Shown here: positions 42,299 through 50,974 of the stretch, piece after piece | How positions within the stretch are numbered: position 1 is the stretch's first letter | Layout: each line of letters opens with the position of its first letter | Source of the DNA: an uncultured Desulfosarcina sp. | Lineage (GTDB): Bacteria; Desulfobacterota; Desulfobacteria; Desulfobacterales; Desulfosarcinaceae | NCBI GenBank assembly: GCA_963674945.2 | Contig: CAXXWQ010000003.1 | Coordinates: 1,504,001-1,568,000, forward strand | Direction of reading: 5' to 3' | Length of the DNA: 64,000 nucleotides | Program-made: the position numbers and the translations under genes | Notes under the pieces: model-generated | Told to the model about the DNA's origin: nothing | Database searches by the model: none | The model's input: only the letters and a program-made list of their open reading frames with translations

Positions 42299-42346
42299 TC
42301 GATAAATAAACCGGCATGCAAACCGAAAAAAACGGAGATTGATATC

Positions 42347-43633
42347 ATGACTTCACCCATCGAACTCGATGACTTGGAGTGCGACTTCAAGCAAGCAGTG
42401 TTGGAGGATGCGCCCGATGCCTTGCTCGATCTGTGCATGACCTGTGGCACATGCACGGGCGGCTGCCCGGCGTCGGGGTTGATGGACATGGACCCGCGCA
42501 AGCTTCTGCGCATGGTCAACCTGGGCATGGACGAAGAGGTCAGAAAATCCAAGTGGGCCTGGGTGTGCACCATGTGCGCCCGTTGCATCAACGCCTGCCC
42601 CATGAAGATCAACATTCCGAAACTGGTCTACAAGGTCCGCGGGTCCGTTCCCAGGGACAAACGCCCCAAGGGCATTCGCGGTTCCTGCGACCAGCATATC
42701 CGCGCCGGCAACGCCATGGGCGTTCCCACCGACGATTTCATCTGGACCGTGGAAGACGTTGCCGATGAAATCCGGGAGACGCAGCCGCAGTTCGAGGATC
42801 TGAAGGTGACGGTGGACCGTGTCGGCGCGTATATGGCCATCAATCAGAACTCCCGGGAGCCGGTGACCGAACCCGACGAGTTGGGTCCGCTCTGGAAGGT
42901 CCTTCATATCGTCGACGCCGACTGGACCTATCCATCGGTAATGTGGGCGGGAGAGAACTACTGCCTGTTTCTGGCCGACGATGAGGGGTGGCGCTACATT
43001 TTAGAAGAGTTCGTCGATCACATCGACAACAACCTGGGTTGCAAGGTTGTCGTCAACACCGAGTGAGGGCACAGCTATTTTGCGATCCTGGAAGGATTGC
43101 GAAAATTCAACATTCCCCACAAATTCGAATTTACCAGCATCATCCGTCTCTATGCCCAGTGGATCCGGGAGGGGAAGCTTCCTGTCAATGCCGACTGGAA
43201 CCGTGACCTGAAGATCAAGTTCACGGTCCAGGACCCGTGCAACATCGTGAGAAAAACCGAACGTCAGGAGATGGCCGACGATCTTCGCTTCGTGATCAAG
43301 ACCGTCGTGGGCGAAGAGAACTTCGTGGACATGGTGCCGTCCGGAGTCAACAACTACTGCTGCGGCGGTGGCGGCGGTGCTCTTCAGGGTGGCTTTCGGG
43401 AAGAGCGACGGGCCTATGGGAAAATCAAATTCGACCAGGTGATGGCCACCGGCGCCAGGTACGTCATCGCCCCATGCCACAACTGCCACAGCCAGATCGA
43501 GGACATGGGCCACCACTACGGCGGCGATTACCATGTGGTCCACCTGTGGACCATCATGTGCCTGTCCATGGGAATCCTCGGCGAAAACGAGCGTACCTAT
43601 TTAGGACCGGATCTGGCAAACCACGGGTTATAG
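42347..43633 (+). CDS. HdrD-like (Fe-S)-binding CCG-domain protein, selenoprotein (TGA 43064-43066 = Sec240; 428 aa)
   Basis: ORFs 42254..43066 and 43097..43633 are in frame; readthrough gives NTE-U-GH at a position that is normally ECGH; CxxCxxCxxxCP x2, QDPC, CCGGGGG, PCHNC; SECIS hairpin downstream. Confidence 0.88.
43078..43105 (+). promoter_or_regulatory. Bacterial SECIS element
   Basis: Stem TTTTGCGATCCT / AGGATTGCGAAA with GGA apical loop; TCCTGGAAGGA begins at +20 after the TGA. Confidence 0.8.
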
Positions 43634-43640
43634 CGAAGAT

Positions 43641-43780
43641 GGAAAACCGCAAATGGTAGATTTTGGTTCAGGCCAAGGCCGCAATGACGATGAAACCGGC
43701 GGCGTAGCAGGACTACGTCGAGGATTTCATCAAAGTGAGAACGCCGGCATGGGCAAAAAGATGCCGTTTGCGTCCCTTCC
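43641..43780. repeat. ~140-bp palindromic element related to 40020-40159, between the hdrD-like gene and hdrL
   Basis: Ends CGCAAATGGTA / TGCCGTTTGCG; shares internal TTTGGT, CAAGGC, CGAGGAT, AACGCCG and GGGCAAA in the same order. Confidence 0.6.
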
Positions 43781-43795
43781 TAAAGGAGGAATATC

Positions 43796-46700
43796 ATGAC
43801 TACACCTACTACCGGTGCCGTACTGGTCGTCGGAGGCGGTATCGCGGGCATTCAAGCATCTCTGGACCTGGCCGACGCCGGTTATCGCGTCGTCCTTACG
43901 GAGCAGAGTTCGGCCATCGGCGGCGTCATGGCCCAGCTGGACAAGACATTTCCCACCAACGATTGCAGCATGTGCATCATCTCCCCCAAGCTGGTGGAGG
44001 CCGGCCGCCACCTGAACATCGATCTGTTTACCACCACCGATGTACAGTCCATCAGCGGCGAAGCGGGCAATTTCACCGTCACCCTGCGCCAGCGTCCACG
44101 ATTCATCGATATGGAGAAATGTACGGCCTGCGGCGAGTGCAGCAAGGTGTGCCCCATCGATGTACCCAACGAATTCGACCAGGGATTGGGCCGACGCAAG
44201 GCGGCGTTCAAACGCTATCCCCAGGCCATGCCATCGGCCTACACCATCGAGAAGAAAGGGACGGCGCCGTGCAAGGCCGCCTGCCCGGCCAATCCCAGCT
44301 TCCAGGGCTGCGTGGCGTTGATGGCCCAGGAAAAATACGAGGAGGCGTTCAGGCTGTTCCGAAGCGAACACCCCTTCCCCGGCATCTGCGGCCGCGTCTG
44401 CCATCACCCTTGCGAAACCGCCTGCACCCGCGGCCAGGTGGATGCCCCCGTATCCATCATGGCCCTGCACCGCTTTCTCGCCGACTGGGCACGGGAAAAC
44501 AAGTTGTCTCCTGTGCCCGAGAAAAAGGAGGCCCGCAAAGAGAAGATTGCCGTCATCGGCAGCGGACCCGCGGGTCTTTCATGCGCCTATTTTCTGGCCA
44601 TCGAGGGATTTGCCGTGACGGTCTTCGAGAAACAGGATGTGCTCGGCGGCATGCTCACGTTAGGAATTCCCGCCTACCGCCTGCCCCGGGAGATCATCGA
44701 AGAAGAGATTGCCGTGTTGCGCAAGCTTGGGATCGAATTTCGAACCGGTGTGAATTTGGGCGCCGACGTCACCATCGGCCGGCTGCGCGAAGAGGGGTAC
44801 AAATCCTTTTTCATGGCCATCGGCTCCCAGGAGTGCAAGCTGTTGGGAATCGAAGGCGAAGAGTACGAAGGCGTGTGGCCGGGCGTGGATTATCTGATGC
44901 GGGCCAATCTGGGAGAGAAGATCGATCTCGGGGACAAGGTGGCGGTCATCGGCGGCGGCAACGTGGCCATGGACGCGGTCCGGACCGCCCTCCGAAGCGG
45001 TTCCAAGCAGCCTTTCATCCTCTACCGACGCGGCGAAGAGCAGATGCCGGCCAGCGCCGATGAAATCGAAGAGTGCCGGGAAGAGGGAATCGAAATCATG
45101 ACCCTGACCAACCCGGTGCGGGTGGTCGCGGAAAACGGACGGGTTACCGCCATCCAATGCATCCGCATGGAACTCGGACAGCCGGAGGATTCGGGGCGAC
45201 GACGCCCGGTACCCATCGAAGGTTCCGAGTTCACCATCGAAGTGGATGCGGTGATACCGGCCATCGGCCAGGAGTCGGACTGGGCCTGCCTCACCGATGA
45301 ATGCGCCTGTACCCTAAGCGACTGGGGCACCATGAACGTGGACCCGGTCACCTTGCAGACGGAAGATCCGGATATCTTCGCCGGCGGCGATGCGGTCTCC
45401 GGCCCCGCCACCGTCGTGGAGGCCATCGCAGCTGGCAAGACCGCCGCAGAGAGCATTCGTCGCTATCTGAGCAATGAGGAAATGTCGGAAGGACGCGGTA
45501 CCCTCTTGCCCGTCGTGGAGGATGTCGATCTGTCCGGGGCCGCACCCATTGCACGTCAGCGCATGCCCATGGCCGACCCAAAAGGTCGGATCGCCGGCTA
45601 CGAAGAGGTCCAGTTGGGACTTACCCAAGCGGCGGTGCGACAAGAGGTAAAGCGCTGCCTGGCCTGCGGCATCTGCTCGGAGTGCTACCAGTGTGTGGAG
45701 GCCTGCCTGGCCAAAGCCGTCTGCCACGAGATGAAAGAGGAAATTCACGAAGTCCGGGTGGGTGCCGTGATCCTGGCACCGGGTTTCACCCCCTTCGACC
45801 CGACCATCTACGAGGCCTATAGCTACGCCAGCCATCCCAATGTGGTCACCAGTCTGGAATTCGAACGCATTCTCTCTGCATCCGGCCCCTATGCCGGACA
45901 CCTGGTTCGGCCTTCGGACGACAAGCCGCCCAGGAAGATCGCCTGGCTCCAGTGCGTGGGATCACGGGACCTCAACGCCTGCGATAACGGATACTGCTCT
46001 TCGGTTTGCTGCATGTACGCCAACAAGCAGGCGGTCATCGCAAAGGAGCACAGCGACGAAGAGCTGGATACGGCAATCTTCTTCATGGACATGCGCACCT
46101 TCGGAAAGGACTTCGACAGGTATGCCACGCGGGCACAACAAGACCACGGCGTACGCCACATCCGCTCCCGCATCCACTCGGTCTTTCCGGCCGAAGAAGA
46201 TCGACTGCGCATCGTCTACGCCACCGAGTCCGGCAATACCGTGGAAGAGAACTTCGATCTGGTGGTCCTCTCGGTGGGTCTCGCCCCCAACGCCGATGCC
46301 GTCGCCCTGGCCCAACGGCTGGGCGTCGACCTGAACCACTACAACCATGCCAAGACCGGTTGCCTTGCGCCGGTGAACACCAATAGGGAGGGGATATTCG
46401 TCTGTGGCGCCTTCCAGGAACCCAAGGACATCCCCGCGTCGGTCATGGAGGCCTCGGCCTCGGCGACGGCAGCCACTGGACTGCTCAGCGACGCACGCTG
46501 GACCCTGACACGAAAACGTGAGCTTCCCCCGGAACTGGATGTCTCGGACCAGGGACCGCGAATCGGGGTCTTCGTCTGCAACTGCGGCATCAACATCGGC
46601 GGTATCGCCGACGTACCGGCGGTTCGGGACTATGCGGCAAACCTTCCCCATGTGGTCCATGTGGAGGACAATCTGTTTACCTGCAGCCAGGACGCCCAGG

Positions 46701-48232
46701 ACCACATGAAGGAAGTCATCCAGGAGAAGGGGATCAACCGGGTTGTGGTGGCATCCTGCAGCCCCCGCACCCATGAACCCCTCTTTCAGGAGACCATCCG
46801 GGATGCGGGTTTAAACAAATACCTGTTCGAAATGGCCAACATCCGCGACCAGAACACCTGGGTGCACATGAACGATCCGGAGCGGGCCACGGCCAAAGCC
46901 AAGGATCTCGTGAGAATGGCCGTAGCCAAGGCGGCTTACATCGAACCGCTGCACCAGGTGAGCCTTTCCATCGTCAAGACGGGCCTTGTGGTGGGCGGCG
47001 GCGTGGCCGGTATGGAGGCGGCGCTGGGCTTGGCCGACCAGGGGTGCGATGCCGTCCTGGTGGAGATGTCCGACCAACTGGGTGGCGTGGCCAATCAGCT
47101 CAACGCCACCTGGAAGGGCGAACCCATCGGTCCCTACCTTGCCGATACCATCGAACGGGTAAAAAACCATCCGCGCATCCGCCTGTTCATGCAGACCCGG
47201 GTGAAGAAGACCGGCGGCAGCATCGGCAACTTTTCCACGACCCTGGCATCCGTCAACGGCGATCCTTCGGAGGTGGTGATCGATCACGGTGCGACGATCA
47301 TTGCCACCGGCGGTGGTGAGTACAAACCCGATCTCTACCTCTATGGCGACCACGCCAACGTACTCACCCACCTGGAAATGGACGAGGCCATGGCCAACCG
47401 GGACAAACGCCTGACGCTGGCAAAGAGCGTCGTTTTCATTCAGTGCGCAGGATCCCGGGACGAAAACCGCCCCTATTGCAGTAAGGTCTGCTGCACCCAC
47501 AGCCTGAAATGCGCCCTCACGCTAAAGGAAGAGAACCCGAACCGGAAGGTGACCATTCTCTACCGGGACATCCGCAGTTACGGATTCCGTGAGGATCTCT
47601 ACAAGAAGGCGCGGGAGGCGGGGGTCCTGTTCATCCGGTACGAACCGGACAAACCGCCCGAGGTCTCAGCCGACGGAGACAACCGACTGGCCGTGGATAT
47701 CACCGATCATGTGCTTTGCCTGCCCGTGCGCCTGCGGCCCGACCTGCTGGTACTGGCCACCGGCGTGGTGCCCAACGCCAACCGCAATTTCTTCGAGATG
47801 TTCAAGGTGCCGGTAAACGCCGATGGATTTCTGGTGGAGGCCCATGCCAAGCTGCGTCCCGTGGATTTCTCCTCCGAGGGGATCTATCTTGCCGGCCTGG
47901 CCCACTTTCCCAAACCGCTGGAAGAGACCATCGCCCAGGCCAAGGCGGCCGCCTCACGGGCCATGACCCTTCTCGCCCGGGATGCCATCATGGTGGGCGG
48001 TGTGGTGGCAACGGTGGACAGCGGCAAGTGCGCGGCCTGCCTCACCTGTGTTCGGGCCTGTCCTTACGGCATTCCCCGTGTGGACGAACACAGCCATGCG
48101 GTCATCGATCCGGCCCAGTGCCACGGCTGCGGCACCTGTGTTTCCGAATGCCCGGGAAAGGCGATCAACCTGGCTCATTTCACCGACGACCAGTTGGTCG
48201 CAAAGATAGAAGCGTTGTTTATCGCAGCATAA
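43796..48232 (+). CDS. hdrL: HdrL-type protein: HdrA fused with an inserted GltD-like NAD(P)H-binding oxidoreductase domain
   Basis: VLVVGGGIAG, FPTNDCSMC, ferredoxin motifs, GltD-like APCKAACP/CGRVCHHPCE/GSGPAG/GGGNVAMD, QCVGSRD-YCSSVCC, GVFVCNCG, second HdrA half with C-terminal 2x[4Fe-4S]. Confidence 0.9.
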   Translation: MTTPTTGAVLVVGGGIAGIQASLDLADAGYRVVLTEQSSAIGGVMAQLDKTFPTNDCSMCIISPKLVEAGRHLNIDLFTTTDVQSISGEAGNFTVTLRQRPRFIDMEKCTACGECSKVCPIDVPNEFDQGLGRRKAAFKRYPQAMPSAYTIEKKGTAPCKAACPANPSFQGCVALMAQEKYEEAFRLFRSEHPFPGICGRVCHHPCETACTRGQVDAPVSIMALHRFLADWARENKLSPVPEKKEARKEKIAVIGSGPAGLSCAYFLAIEGFAVTVFEKQDVLGGMLTLGIPAYRLPREIIEEEIAVLRKLGIEFRTGVNLGADVTIGRLREEGYKSFFMAIGSQECKLLGIEGEEYEGVWPGVDYLMRANLGEKIDLGDKVAVIGGGNVAMDAVRTALRSGSKQPFILYRRGEEQMPASADEIEECREEGIEIMTLTNPVRVVAENGRVTAIQCIRMELGQPEDSGRRRPVPIEGSEFTIEVDAVIPAIGQESDWACLTDECACTLSDWGTMNVDPVTLQTEDPDIFAGGDAVSGPATVVEAIAAGKTAAESIRRYLSNEEMSEGRGTLLPVVEDVDLSGAAPIARQRMPMADPKGRIAGYEEVQLGLTQAAVRQEVKRCLACGICSECYQCVEACLAKAVCHEMKEEIHEVRVGAVILAPGFTPFDPTIYEAYSYASHPNVVTSLEFERILSASGPYAGHLVRPSDDKPPRKIAWLQCVGSRDLNACDNGYCSSVCCMYANKQAVIAKEHSDEELDTAIFFMDMRTFGKDFDRYATRAQQDHGVRHIRSRIHSVFPAEEDRLRIVYATESGNTVEENFDLVVLSVGLAPNADAVALAQRLGVDLNHYNHAKTGCLAPVNTNREGIFVCGAFQEPKDIPASVMEASASATAATGLLSDARWTLTRKRELPPELDVSDQGPRIGVFVCNCGINIGGIADVPAVRDYAANLPHVVHVEDNLFTCSQDAQDHMKEVIQEKGINRVVVASCSPRTHEPLFQETIRDAGLNKYLFEMANIRDQNTWVHMNDPERATAKAKDLVRMAVAKAAYIEPLHQVSLSIVKTGLVVGGGVAGMEAALGLADQGCDAVLVEMSDQLGGVANQLNATWKGEPIGPYLADTIERVKNHPRIRLFMQTRVKKTGGSIGNFSTTLASVNGDPSEVVIDHGATIIATGGGEYKPDLYLYGDHANVLTHLEMDEAMANRDKRLTLAKSVVFIQCAGSRDENRPYCSKVCCTHSLKCALTLKEENPNRKVTILYRDIRSYGFREDLYKKAREAGVLFIRYEPDKPPEVSADGDNRLAVDITDHVLCLPVRLRPDLLVLATGVVPNANRNFFEMFKVPVNADGFLVEAHAKLRPVDFSSEGIYLAGLAHFPKPLEETIAQAKAAASRAMTLLARDAIMVGGVVATVDSGKCAACLTCVRACPYGIPRVDEHSHAVIDPAQCHGCGTCVSECPGKAINLAHFTDDQLVAKIEALFIAA

Positions 48233-48273
48233 CGAAAAAAGATGGGCCGAAAACCTATTGAAAAGGAGGAGAG

Positions 48274-48675
48274 ATGGGAGTAAAAAAAGATCCTCAAATT
48301 CTGGCTTTCTGTTGTAAGTACTGCTCCTATGCGGCAGCGGACCTGGCCGGTTCCATGCGCCTTTCTTACCCTGCCGCGGTCAAGGTAGTCCAGGTACCTT
48401 GTACCGGTCGGGTGGATGTGATTCACCTGCTCAAGGGCATTGAAGCCGGCGCAGACGGTATCTTCGTGGCCGGTTGAATGGACGGTGAGTGCCATTTCCT
48501 GGAAGGAAATCGAAGAACCCGCAAAAAGGTGGAATATGTGAGAAAAATCCTGGAGGAAATCGGTATCGACGGCTCCCGGGTACAGATGTTCAACCTTTCG
48601 TCGGCCATGGCGCCGGAGTTCGCCAAAATCGCCCGTGAGATGACCGAAACGGTAACCAGATCGGTATCGCCATGA
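48274..48675 (+). CDS. mvhD: MvhD (methyl-viologen-reducing hydrogenase delta subunit), selenoprotein (TGA 48475-48477 = Sec68; 133 aa)
   Basis: FCCKYCSYAAADLAG, VPCTGRVD, ADGIFVAG-U-MDGECHFLEGN; the two ORF-track halves abut in frame; SECIS downstream. Confidence 0.93.
48494..48510 (+). promoter_or_regulatory. Bacterial SECIS element
   Basis: Perfect hairpin ATTTCCT-GGA-AGGAAAT; TCCTGGAAGGA begins at +20 after the TGA. Confidence 0.85.
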
Positions 48676-50516
48676 GCTTTGCCAACCATTCCCACAAACT
48701 CACAGGCATCCTGGATGCCATGTCCGACGGCATCTATATCATCAACGACGACTATGTGGTCGAATTCATGAACAAGGCCATGATCCAGATTTTCGGCGAT
48801 GGTGTCGGGAAAAAATGCCACGAGGTGATCAATCACACCATGGCGCCCTGCCCCTGGTGCAGGGCCAAGGAGGTGTTCGACAACAAAGAGAATCTCAATG
48901 AGGAGGTCTACGTCCCAAAGGTGGACAAAACCTACAACCTCCTGGAAATTCCGCTGGAAAACACCGATGGCAGCATTTCCAAGATGAGCATCTACCGGGA
49001 CATTACCCACCGAAAAGACCAGGAGTACAGATTGCGCACCTCCCGGGAGAGCTTTAAAAGCCTCTTCGAACATGTGGCCGTGGGAGTCTACATCAGCAGC
49101 AAGGAAGGAAAGGTTCTCGATGCCAACCCGGCCCTTTTGGACATGCTGGGATATGAAGACAAAGATGTGTTTTTGGCCCTGGACTTTGCCCGGGACATCT
49201 ATCGCAGAGCAAAAGAACGTGCAATTTTTCAGACGATGATCGAGAAAAGCGGCCGTGTCGTCGATTACAAAGTCGATTTTCGAAAAAAGGACGGAACACC
49301 CATCACCGTATTGCTCACCGCCCATGTGCGCTACGACGCAGTGGGAACGGTCCTGGGGTACGAGGGCATCTGTGTGGACCAATCCCAGCGGCTGAAGATG
49401 GAAAAGGAGCTGAAAGAGGCCCACGACTTTCTCAACAACATCATCCAGAGTTCTCCCAACACCATCGTTGGTACGGACATGAAAGGAAATATCATTATCT
49501 GGAATCAGGGCGCCGAGGAGACCCTGGGATACGACGCCTCCGAGGTGATCGGTGTGAAAACGGTGGAGTACCTGTATGCCGACGATATGGCCCCAAAAGT
49601 CATGCGCATGATACGCAGCGATGACTACGGAGGACCGGGAAAGCTGCGTTCCTATCCCATGACCTTCAAGGCCAGGGACGGGCGGAACGTCGAAGGCAAC
49701 CTCTCCGCCAACATTATCTACGATGATGAGGGCCAAGAGATGGCAACGGTGGGCATTTTCGTGGATCTGGAAGAACAGCTAAAAATGGAGCGCAAACTCC
49801 ACAGGACCCAGGAGCAGCTCCTCCAGTCGGAAAAATTGGCCGCCATGGGCCGGCTCACCTCCCAGATCGCCCACGAATTGAACAATCCGCTTTATGGCAT
49901 CATGAACACCCTCGAATTGATGAAGACGGAAATCCCCGTGGGCAACCGGCGCCGCAAACTGCTGGAGATGAGTCTTTCCGAAACCGTCCGGGTAACGGAC
50001 ATGCTGAGAAAAATGCTCTCCTTTTCAAAACCCGACCAGGAGGAACGGGTTCCCGTGGATATCAACACGATCCTGGATGAAATTCTTCTGCTCCACGAAA
50101 AGCAGCTCTGGGAACATTCGATCAAGGTGGTTCATCGGTTCGCCGACAACCTGGCGCCGGTATACGCATCCAAAAACCAGCTTCGCCAGGTTTTCTTGAA
50201 TCTGATCTCCAATGCCCGGGATGCCATGCCCGAGGGAGGCCGCCTTACGGTGACCACCGAAGGGGACGACTACTTCGTTCACATTACCGTTGACGACAAC
50301 GGCGTGGGAATCAAAGAAGAGCATCTGGACCTGGTCTTCGAGACTTTTTTCACCACCAAAACGGACAGCGTCAAGGGTGTCGGCTTGGGGCTGTCCGTCT
50401 GTTACGGCTTTATCAAGGATCACAACGGCGACATCAAGGTGGCCAGTCGGGTAGGGGAAGGCACAACGTTTACCATCTCCCTGCCGGTCTATCGAAAGCG
50501 CCATCCCGACAGTTGA
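48672..50516 (+). CDS. Cytoplasmic sensor histidine kinase (PAS-PAS-PAS-HisKA-HATPase)
   Basis: Three PAS repeats, no TM segment; QSEKLAAMG, IAHELNNPL, NARDAM, GVGLGL; ATGA overlap with the mvhD stop. Confidence 0.93.
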   Translation: MSFANHSHKLTGILDAMSDGIYIINDDYVVEFMNKAMIQIFGDGVGKKCHEVINHTMAPCPWCRAKEVFDNKENLNEEVYVPKVDKTYNLLEIPLENTDGSISKMSIYRDITHRKDQEYRLRTSRESFKSLFEHVAVGVYISSKEGKVLDANPALLDMLGYEDKDVFLALDFARDIYRRAKERAIFQTMIEKSGRVVDYKVDFRKKDGTPITVLLTAHVRYDAVGTVLGYEGICVDQSQRLKMEKELKEAHDFLNNIIQSSPNTIVGTDMKGNIIIWNQGAEETLGYDASEVIGVKTVEYLYADDMAPKVMRMIRSDDYGGPGKLRSYPMTFKARDGRNVEGNLSANIIYDDEGQEMATVGIFVDLEEQLKMERKLHRTQEQLLQSEKLAAMGRLTSQIAHELNNPLYGIMNTLELMKTEIPVGNRRRKLLEMSLSETVRVTDMLRKMLSFSKPDQEERVPVDINTILDEILLLHEKQLWEHSIKVVHRFADNLAPVYASKNQLRQVFLNLISNARDAMPEGGRLTVTTEGDDYFVHITVDDNGVGIKEEHLDLVFETFFTTKTDSVKGVGLGLSVCYGFIKDHNGDIKVASRVGEGTTFTISLPVYRKRHPDS

Positions 50517-50749
50517 GAGGCAGTTCTTAACCGGTCGAAAAAGCGGTTATGTCACCTCATGGGATTCCGTTGCATCCCATAAAGCAACGACCTTCTCCCT
50601 TCCCATTAACAAAAAAAACGACATTCAATTTTTAAAACCAAAACATTTTGTGATTGTGCGGCAACAAATAGTGTGTTAGTTACCAAGGCTGTGACTGTGG
50701 TGTTTTGATACAGCGGTATAGCGGATTCAGACCCTCTGGAAACGTTCCC

Positions 50750-50974
50750 ATGGAAGCTGCGCTGATAAATCCCTTCATCGAAGCCCCCCGTGAATCAATA
50801 GAATTCATGGTGGGCATAGAACACTTCAAACGTACCTATCCTGCGGCAGATCGCCAGGCAAAGACTTCATACGACATCTCCGCCGTGATTCATATCAACG
50901 GCGGTTTATACGGCACCGTGGTGCTCAGCTTCACGATGGCGACCGCCATAAATCATCGGGAAAGAATGGCATGA
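50750..50974 (+). pseudogene. cheX: Truncated CheX-like phosphatase (N-terminal half only)
   Basis: LINPFIEA...YDISAVIHINGGLYGTVVLSF resembles the CheX N-terminus; it stops after 74 aa, before the ExxN catalytic helix. Confidence 0.6.

Noticed and set aside
42254..42346. GTG start at 42254 for the HdrD-like gene
   Set aside because: Lies in the palindromic repeat remnant; ATG 42347 has a GGAG RBS and fits the domain start
43064..43066. Nonsense-mutation (pseudogene) reading of the TGA codons at 43064 and 48475
   Set aside because: Both fall on conserved Cys positions and carry the same SECIS hairpin at the same spacing
43735..45063. 442-aa same-strand alternate-frame ORF over hdrL
   Set aside because: Arg/Gly/Pro-rich composition typical of an off-frame read of GC3-rich codons
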